From NCBI RefSeq assembly GCF_001194135.2, contig NC_068996.1, positions 56,071,339 through 56,114,752 of the forward strand: a stretch of DNA of 43,414 nucleotides, read 5' to 3'. Positions 35,175-43,414 of the stretch are shown piece by piece. The position numbers and the translations under genes are program-made. The notes below the pieces were generated by a model. It saw nothing but the letters and a program-made list of their open reading frames with translations, was not told the origin of the DNA and did not search any database. The DNA is from Octopus bimaculoides (taxonomy: Eukaryota). Numbering within the stretch: the stretch's first letter is position 1; each line of letters begins with the position of its first letter.

Positions 35175-35365
35175 TGGTAACCAGTGTCGGTTTGTTTATG
35201 TCCCCATAACTTAGCAGTTCAGCATAGGAGCCCGATAGAATAAGTTACCAGACTTAGAAACAAAATAAGTGCTAGGGTCCGTTTGTTCAACTAAAAGTTC
35301 TTCATGGCAGTGCCCCAGCATGGCCACAGTTTAATCACTGAAACAAGTGAAAAAATAAAAGATAA
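35175..35365 (+). mobile_element. SINE family A 3' half
   Basis: ccagtgtcgg..tgtttatgtcccc..aacttagc...gatagaataag...ccagcatggcc...actgaaacaag. Confidence 0.65.
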
Positions 35366-35916
35366 ATGAAGAACTCTGCTAGAAGAAGCCACGCCCATTC
35401 TTCCAAATGGTGACGTCATTGCTGATGGAGTTGTGGTTGGATGGCTGGACGGATGAAGGGAGAAGCAATATGGTATGGGTAGAGAACAGGGAATGCGTTG
35501 TGTTGCCTAAATTCTTCCTGCAGGCATCTGACACCGTGCAACAGGTCAATATTAGCACCAGAGTGCATGGTAACAGAAGGTAATCAATAAAATTTCTGCC
35601 TTGCTAAGAAACCAACAAGTCACTATACCAACATCAACACCATCATAATCACAGCAAGGGAACTTTTCTTCTATAATAGTAGAACCTTATTATTGAATGT
35701 AGCAGTCAGTCAGTTCTCAAATACACTCCCTGCCATATTTAAATTGTAACAATCACATGATTGATCCTCTATGAATTTATTAGGGTTATTGATATTAAAC
35801 AACCTTAGTTCCCTTGTTAGTCGACATACAGCCTGGAAAATAGGGGAAATGGTTGATAGCAAGGAATTTCTTACTTGAGCGTTTGATCTATATATAAAAC
35901 CAAAGCTTCTGTTGCC

Positions 35917-36741
35917 TTTAAGATAGGGATCACATGAATCATTAAGGGAGTTTCTATATAGTCACTTCTTTGTAATCACTCAGGTAGTTTCATTTAACAA
36001 ACTTGTTTCATTTAACAAACTTGTTTCATTTAACAAACTTCCCTCTTTCAAAGTGATCTAAATTAAAACCTGCCCTAAAATATTTCATGTTAATTTATGT
36101 TCCAAATACCAGATTAAATAATGACAAAGTTATTTTACCAAATTCTTCATTATTTTTATGATTAAATGAACAAAGGCAGTGAATTTCAAACAGAAATATG
36201 ATAACAAAAGGGTCAGTCTCTCCTTAACAAAATTCCTTACTGCTTTTAAAATAGGGACCACATATCTCATTGAGGTAACTTCTATGGGGTCACTTCTTAT
36301 TGATGTAACAACTGAGTCTCTTTATTCAGCAAAACTCGTACTGTCCTTAAAATAGAGATCACACAGGTCTTTGAGGGAGCTTCTATGGGATCATTTACAC
36401 TGCTCAATGTAAAACCATGTCAACTAAGTTCTTAATGTCTTTAAAAGAGGGATCACATGAGTTGGTAAAGGAGATTTTATCATTTCTACCCAATGTAACC
36501 TTCAGATTTTATGCAACAATATAGGGACCACGTGACAAAACAAAAGATGTTCTAAGCAGTTATAATGTAATCCACTTCTCAATAAATGTCTTTTTAACAA
36601 TATCTCTACCATCTTTAAAATAGGTACCACATAAAATTGAGAAAGCTTCTGTGTAGTCACATTATTTGACTTTTCTCAATGCTACAAATCTCTCTATCTC
36701 CTGGGGCAAACTCCCAACACTCTTTAAAATAGGGACTACAC
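35917..36741 (+). repeat. Degenerate tandem array, seven copies of a tttaaaatagggaccaca core
   Basis: Cores near 35917, 36245, 36346, 36440, 36515, 36614 and 36723; spacing about 75-109 bp except across an insertion. Confidence 0.6.
35987..36040 (+). repeat. Perfect 18-bp tandem triplication
   Basis: gtttcatttaacaaactt x3. Confidence 0.9.
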
Positions 36742-37018
36742 AGACTGAAACCCTAAAAATCATTAAAATTCTTGAAAATACTGTTTTATTATTTCAAAGA
36801 ATGAAACTAGCAAATTAGTGAGAGAATAAAAAAATATGTATGTATGTATGTATGTATGTGAGTGTGTATGTGTGTAAGTGTGTGTGTGTGTGTGCATGTG
36901 TGTGTGTGTACGACTGTACGTTCATGTGAGTGTATGTATGTATGCATGTATGTATGTTTGTGTGCATGTGTATGTATGTATGTGTGTATGAATATTATGT
37001 ATGAATGTATGTGTGCTA

Positions 37019-37205
37019 TCCAGATTAGAAGTTCAGGTTTATACCTGTAATTATTGGGGCCCTGGTACATGTAATACACTGCCTAAATACCAATCTTGAG
37101 AAATTAGGCTTCTCAAAACCAGAAAGGAGAAAACTGATTCAAAGACTACAGATCCAATCCATCACTGGAACTGTAAAAATCTGTTAAACTTTCCAGAAGT
37201 TTATT
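37019..37205 (+). mobile_element. Second copy of the 19680 REL-LINE 3' end
   Basis: tccagatt..aagttcaggtttatacctgtaattattggg...aaactttccagaagttt nearly identical to 19982-20168. Confidence 0.85.
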
Positions 37206-37957
37206 ATTCAAATATATATGAGCATGTCTAGATATGTAACTATATGCATGAGAATACATACATAAAACATACAAATCTGCACATCCATACATATATGCAT
37301 GTATGCATACATACATATATACATACAAACAGAAATACCCTGTTGTTGTTGCTGAACTGCTAAAATAGAATTATTTGATCTCCCTCTCCCTCTCTCTCTC
37401 TCTATATATATATGTATATGTATGTATGTGTGTATGTGTCCATGTTTGTATGTATACATGTATGTATGTGTGTATGTATGTATGTGTGTATGTATGCATG
37501 TATGTATGTATACATGCATGTATGTATGTTGGTATGTATGCATGTGTGCATGTATGTATGTATGTTGGTATGTATGTATGTTGGTATGTATGTATGCATG
37601 TATGTATGCATATATGTATAAATGCATGTATGTATGTATGCATATATGTATGCATATGTATAAATGTGTGTATGTATGCACTCCTTGAGCAGGTGAAAAA
37701 GACAAAGCTTGCCTGGTACATTTACATATCCTACCACAACTCTCTACCCAAAAACCATTCTCCAGGGTAACCTTGGGGGAGGGTGAAGGGAGAGGGGGCA
37801 GACAGAGAAAATCTTGGTTTGACAACATCAAGGACTAGACAGGTCAGAACACAGCAGACCTGCTATGCATGACAGAAAAGAAGCCTGTGGCAATGGCTGA
37901 CTATGAAAACATCTAGAGTGACACCACAATAACTGACTGCATCAGTTGAGGTATCTT

Positions 37958-38000
<43 letters not shown>

Positions 38001-38707
38001 CAACCCATGCTAGCATGGAAAGCAGATGTTAAACGAAACGATTGCTACCAAGCAATGAAAATGAGTGCTCAATACCACATTGGTGGCTAAAAGTTCTTTG
38101 TTTAAGGCTACCATTGGTTTCATGTTAAGAGAGAAATCCATTGAAAATTATCAAGCGTATCACATGGAACATCAGTGTTCCATGTAAGATCATAATAAAA
38201 TTAATGTGTGATTTTGGGCAAATAAATGAATCTCAGGGTTAACAGCTTTGAATTATTATCTCCCTTGCTTCAAATTTAGGTTAAATTTGATTCAATTCGA
38301 ATTGTCTGCAAACATATAGATGTACACGCATGCCTGCTTTAATATGCTAACTGTGTGTATTTATTAGTTCATATTTACATATATCTGCACCTGGAAATGC
38401 ACATACATGTGCATGCATAAATACAAACACATGTAAATATACACATACATATATGTAATATATACAAATGTATACATTATAAATGTATACAAATACGTAC
38501 AAAATACATGCATGTATACACACACACATACACATATGTATACACACACACATACACATTTCTGTATCTGCAATATATATATACATATATATATATGTAT
38601 GTACACCAGAGTAAGCACATAAATGTGAAACAATGTGGAAAAAGTAGTACTCGAATACCGGAGACGGAGTAATATGCTTTATTAATAAAGCTGCAAAGAC
38701 ATCACAA

Positions 38708-38751
38708 AAACTGTTACTCAGAGTTTCACGTTCCCGTTCGTTGGACAGTTT
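38708..38751 (-). ncRNA. Minimal type I hammerhead motif with two core substitutions
   Basis: AAACTGT-CCAACGA-ACG(GGAA)CGT-GAAA-CTC(T)GAG-TA-ACAGTTT: 7-bp stem I, stems II and III and GUA triplet intact; core CCAACGA instead of CUGANGA. Confidence 0.65.
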
Positions 38752-38888
38752 TGTTTAGAATGGAACAAAAATAAGGTTATAAGCAAAAATATACAATTAG
38801 TTTAATGGATAGACATTTGAAAATGGTTTTGTTTCATTTGTCCTTTCAACTAATGCTATCTACAATGACCAATTACATGCAATTACAA

Positions 38889-38945
<57 letters not shown>

Positions 38946-38997
38946 GTGTTTACACATACACAGAGGTACACACACAGAGACACACAAATACACACAC

Positions 38998-39028
<31 letters not shown>

Positions 39029-39171
39029 CATATACATATATATATATATACATATATATATATATCTTGATGCTGATATTTATATATATAATATATATAT
39101 GCTATTTGTGAAGCTGGTGATGATAACTATGTTGACCATTGTGAGACTTGTAGAGCTGCTGCTGCTGCTGC

Positions 39172-39202
<31 letters not shown>

Positions 39203-39955
39203 GATGTTGACAACGACAATGATAACAATGGTGATGATGAAGATGTTTTGGGCCTGACCAAGCAGGGAAAACTAGAAATTACTATCGTTATCATTAATCT
39301 TATTATTAGATACTATTATTATTATAACTCAATTTAATTGTCCTTCTTATCATATTTCTGATTCTGTAAACATTGCCCCCTTCACCAATCCCCACCATTG
39401 CATCTATCACCCCCTTCACAATCCCCATCACATCTAATTAGTACCCCCACCACCAAGATCTGACTGCTGGCAACACCAGTGCCACTACTGCAACCAAATC
39501 AACATTGGTATTTTATCTAATCCTCACTAATCAGTCTTGACAACAATCACCACTAAATCCTGTCCAGAACGTTGTTAGCCTTCAGGAATTTGGCCATCCC
39601 CACCAACCCTACCTACTTTCTGGCCATGTTTTTCGCTTTTTCTCCCCTGTAACTCTGTCTATTGGAAATTTTTCAGGAGGAAACATAACCCAGGCTTCTT
39701 TTTTTTTTTTTATCTGCCTCAAAGGGTCTATAATGGCTATAGGTACAGCCCCCTTTTCCAGAACAACCGAAATGATAAATTTAAACACTTTTAAAATCAC
39801 CACCACCATCACCACTACTGCTATTATCTTCCTTATCATCATCATCAACACCACCACCATTATCACCATCACCACCACTATCATAATCATCAACAATACC
39901 ACCATCAATAACACCACCACCCTTTCCTCTTCTCTTTTTCCAGCTCCTTCTCATC

Positions 39956-39959
<4 letters not shown>

Positions 39960-39987
<28 letters not shown>

Positions 39988-40080
39988 AACCACCACCACC
40001 ACCACCACCACCGTCACCACCACCACCACCACAACCACCACAACCACCACCACAACCACCATCATCATCATCATTGTCAT
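39960..40080 (+). repeat. (CAT)n/(CAC)n compound microsatellite
   Basis: Direct inspection; source of the His-rich and Val-rich spurious ORFs. Confidence 0.9.
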
Positions 40081-40519
40081 TGATTTTTTTTTCTTCTTTT
40101 GTATTTTTGGCAAATGGTTTAATAAGAAAAGAAATGTTAGTGCCAGAGACTATTTCCTTCCCTCCCTTCCACCCATCAGTCTGCAATGACTGATGGGTGA
40201 AAAGGAGAGAACTCTACTAAATACTTGCTAAGCCCCACCCCACCCCTGCCCTGCTACCAGTGTGCCAGGTTGTGCTTCCGTTGTTGTGGTAACAACTACA
40301 GATACCATTCAAGCAATTCATACCATTTGCCCCAGCCAGTGGGGTGGCATCATTCAAAAGCTAAAACAATGTCAAGAGCATTGTGACTAGTGATGTTTAA
40401 CAACGTCAGACAGTCTGGTCAGTACTGTGATGCCATGAAAAACTAGATTATAACTGGTTTTAACTAGTTTATAACTTGAGATAACCAGTTTATATGTTGA
40501 TAATAATAACTGCTTTTTT

Positions 40520-40725
40520 AATTTAGGCATAAGGCCAGCAGTTTTTGGGGAAAGTTGGTTGATTAAATCAAACTGGGTATTTTGATTGAGGGTTTAATTT
40601 GTCAAACCCGGGAGGGACGAAAGGAAAAGTTGATTTTGGTGGGATTTGAACTCTGAATGAAAAGACTTGGAAGAAATACTGCAAAGCATTTTTCTGCCAA
40701 TCCACCGCTTTAACAACAACAATAA
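40520..40725 (-). mobile_element. SINE family B copy (minus)
   Basis: Reverse complement of aagcggtggattggcagaaa...ttcagagttcaaatccc...actttt..tttcgtccc. Confidence 0.65.
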
Positions 40726-41919
40726 CAACAACAACTATAATTATAATAATTCTTTCTAGTGTGGGTTCAAGGCCTAAATTCTGTGTGTTGTGGTGATGGT
40801 GGTGGTGGGTTCGGTTGCTAGTCAACTATGTTGACCCTAGTATTTGATTGGTACTTTATTTTATTGACCACCAAAAGGATGAGAGGCAAAGATGACCTAA
40901 GCAGACTTTGAACTCAGAACATTCGATCTCCCCCTCCTCCTACACCTACTCCTCCCCCTCCTCCTCCTCATCATTATCATCAAACTTATTACATTTTATT
41001 ACCATTACACCTTCATTATCAGCATTACATCATCGTGTTCATCATCATCATCATCAACACTATCACTATCATCCTCATAATCCTCATCATGCTCATCATC
41101 CTCTTCCTCCTCCTCCTCCTCCTCCTCATCATCATGAATAACATTGTCTTTATTGTCATCATGATTGCATGTTGCTTTGAACAGATAATGAAAGAAGAAA
41201 AAAAAAAACCCTGCCATACTTCTAAAGAAAGAAATATCTGGAATTCTTCATATTAATTTGCTATTTGGTAATTAACTAAGAATATCATTATGATTAAACG
41301 CTTTTGTTATTATTATTATTGCATTGTTCCACATCTTCTTGGTATTGTTGTTGCTGTTGTTACTTTCAATTATTGTGTAATTACTGTGAACGCGTATTTC
41401 ACAAGTTCATCTTTTGCTTTCCTCTCGTAGAACCAAGGATGGTTGAATTACCAAAGTACTGAGTAACCTCATAAACATTTTGATGATGTTTCCTCCACTC
41501 CTTGTCCAGGAATTCACAGTGTTGCATCCATGTTGCATCCTGATGCTGTGTCCTTAATCCATGGCACTATGCTGGGGCTTCTAGGACACACCTTCTCAAC
41601 GGTCAATACCATTTACTTGATGGAGTTTACACAAAACAATATTTGCTCTTGCCTTCATATCAGCTCAAAAAAAAAGAAAGAAAATTGTATTTCTTTTGTT
41701 TTGAATCATTTCTTGATGTATGTTAATGTCTGTACAGAGAAAGATAGCATTAATGCAGAGAGAGGGGGAGAGAGAAAGAGAGAGAGAGCATTTAAACTGA
41801 GAAGAAGGACAGAGAGAGAGAGAAATAAGGAGTGAGCATTCAAATTGAGAAAGAGAGAGGGAGAGTGAAAGAGAAAGACAGAGATAGAATGAGAGAGAGA
41901 GAGGGTGAGAGTGGGAGAG

Positions 41920-41984
<65 letters not shown>

Positions 41985-42287
41985 AGTCACTCATGGAATA
42001 TGAAGTCTTGCTTTTCATTGATTGTTTTTGTTGTAAGGAGTTGTTGTGTTTTAATTTATTAGCAAAAGTTTTCCTGGCTTCGAGTTTTGTGATCATTGCA
42101 TGCTGCAGGGGAAGCTGGGCTCTTATCCAGAGTGGGAGTGTTATGTAAGTGACAATGAGTATCTTGTTGACTTCCAGCATGGAGCTTGGATCCTAACACA
42201 AGCATATCAAGAGAATAAATACACACAAGCAAACATATATATGTTCATACCCTCTACAACACAAGGAATATAAACCCTCTCATATCA

Positions 42288-42595
42288 TCATCATCGTTTA
42301 ACGTCCGCTTTCCATGCTGGCATGGGTTGGATGGTTTGACTGAAGGCTGGGAGGCTGTACCAGGCTTCAATCTGATTTACCATGATTTCTGCAGCTGGAT
42401 GCCCTTCCTAATGCCAAACATTCCGAGAGTGCAGAGGGTACTTCTTATGTGTCACTGCCACAGGAGTCAGTCAGGTGGCACTGGCATCGACCACGTTCAA
42501 ATGGTGCCTTTTACATGCTACCAGCTCGGGAGCCAGTCAGGTGACACTGGCATCAGCCATGCTTGACTGGTGCTTTTTACATGCCACCAGTACAG
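42288..42595 (-). mobile_element. RTE 3'-UTR-derived short element
   Basis: catcatcatcgtttaacgtccgctttccatgctggcatgggttgg plus tandem ggcactggcat...cac..tgacttgtgcc subrepeats. Confidence 0.7.
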
Positions 42596-42739
42596 AAGCT
42601 AAATATATGTAAATATATTTATGAATATATATATATATTAATATATCAAATGTTGTTGCACATCACTAGTCACAATGCACTTTGCATCATTTTAGACTTT
42701 GAATGATGCTACCCCTCTGGGACCAAAATTATCTCCTAA

Positions 42740-42868
42740 TCAAAACAAGGTTGGAGCAACATGAAATGAAGCTTTTTGTTCAAGAACACAATGTGCTGCC
42801 CAGTCTAGGAATCAAACCCATGATCTAGTGATTGTGAGCGCAACACCCTGATCATTAGGCCATGTACC

Positions 42869-42872
<4 letters not shown>
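42740..42872 (-). mobile_element. tRNA-derived SINE 5' part
   Basis: Minus strand tggcctaatg (A-box-like) and gggtttgattcc (B-box-like) followed by a gtgttcttgaacaa core. Confidence 0.55.
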
Positions 42873-42901
<29 letters not shown>

Positions 42902-43047
42902 ATATATATGCATACATGATGTTCTGGTAATCAAATCAGCAAGCTTCATTATGTGCACTGATTTGTGAATATACAGTTGTATTATATAATGTACAGCATG
43001 CAAATTAATGTAGATGTATAAACTTCATTTATTATACTGTGAAATTA

Positions 43048-43414
43048 TGATTATTATTATTATTATTATTATTGTTATTATTCAGTAGTTTTATTTTTAT
43101 AACGTGCTTTCACTTCACTACCGAGCGCAGCTCTGTGCGCCTTGGGTATGTGCTGTGGTTTGCTGTGGTGCTCTTATGTTTACTGTATTGAAAGTGTTTT
43201 GCGTAGAATGTGTGCAGTACCCAGTAGTGCAATTTTCTGTATGTTATATATATTTGTAAGTCCTGGTGTTTTTGTTATGTATTTGTCTGAATATTTTTTT
43301 ATTATACCTAAGGCACCTACTATGATAGGAATTGTTTCTGTTTTTAGATTCCACATTCGAGTTATCTCTATTTCCAGGTCTTTGTATTTTGAAAGTTTTT
43401 CCATTTCTTTTAGA
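43048..43414 (-). mobile_element. R4/Dong-like REL LINE 3' end with (TAA)n tail
   Basis: Uninterrupted EKLSKYKDLEIEITRMW...IPIIVGALG...IQKIALLGTAHILRKTL, short 3' UTR, (TAA)n at 43048-43082; continues beyond the window. Confidence 0.85.

Noticed and set aside
35917-36741. CRISPR-like repeat-spacer array
   Set aside because: Repeats are degenerate, spacers are mutually homologous, there are no cas genes, and the context is a eukaryotic intron.
1523-42180. Long low-complexity ORFs (poly-X, HT, YVCM, ER, SL, poly-H)
   Set aside because: Translations of N gaps and di-, tri- or tetranucleotide microsatellites.
34185-43414. Upstream DCX-domain exons (e.g. KPRKAVR...GKQ)
   Set aside because: No such minus-strand exon found by eye; it probably lies beyond the window end.

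Overview
AT-rich, microsatellite-dense eukaryotic DNA with five N gaps. The SINE, RTE and mariner families look like those of octopus; that assignment is an inference, not proven here. The window lies inside one minus-strand gene, a doublecortin-like kinase (DCLK1/ZYG-8 family). I reconstructed 13 GT-AG coding exons (34184 down to 2641; 1209 nt, 403 codons, phase-consistent). They cover the end of the second DCX domain, a short S/P/R linker, the whole kinase domain and the start of the C-terminal tail. The upstream DCX exons and the last exon(s) are not visible. The introns are filled with decayed transposons: RTE LINEs (one family with a PHD-type Cys4-His-Cys3 insert), REL-endonuclease LINE ends, tRNA-type SINEs, five copies of a non-autonomous mariner built from two 3' ends, several MITEs and Penelope-like remnants. 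The main unexplained signals are: (1) Penelope-derived fold-back elements carrying degenerate minimal hammerhead ribozyme motifs; (2) two non-canonical activation-segment residues (T to V; APE to APD); (3) a candidate internal first exon for a kinase-only isoform; (4) a perfect 22-bp hairpin abutting a 73-bp direct repeat that brackets the activation-loop exon. I found no prokaryotic-type system such as CRISPR or an operon. Most ORF-track entries are microsatellite or gap artefacts.
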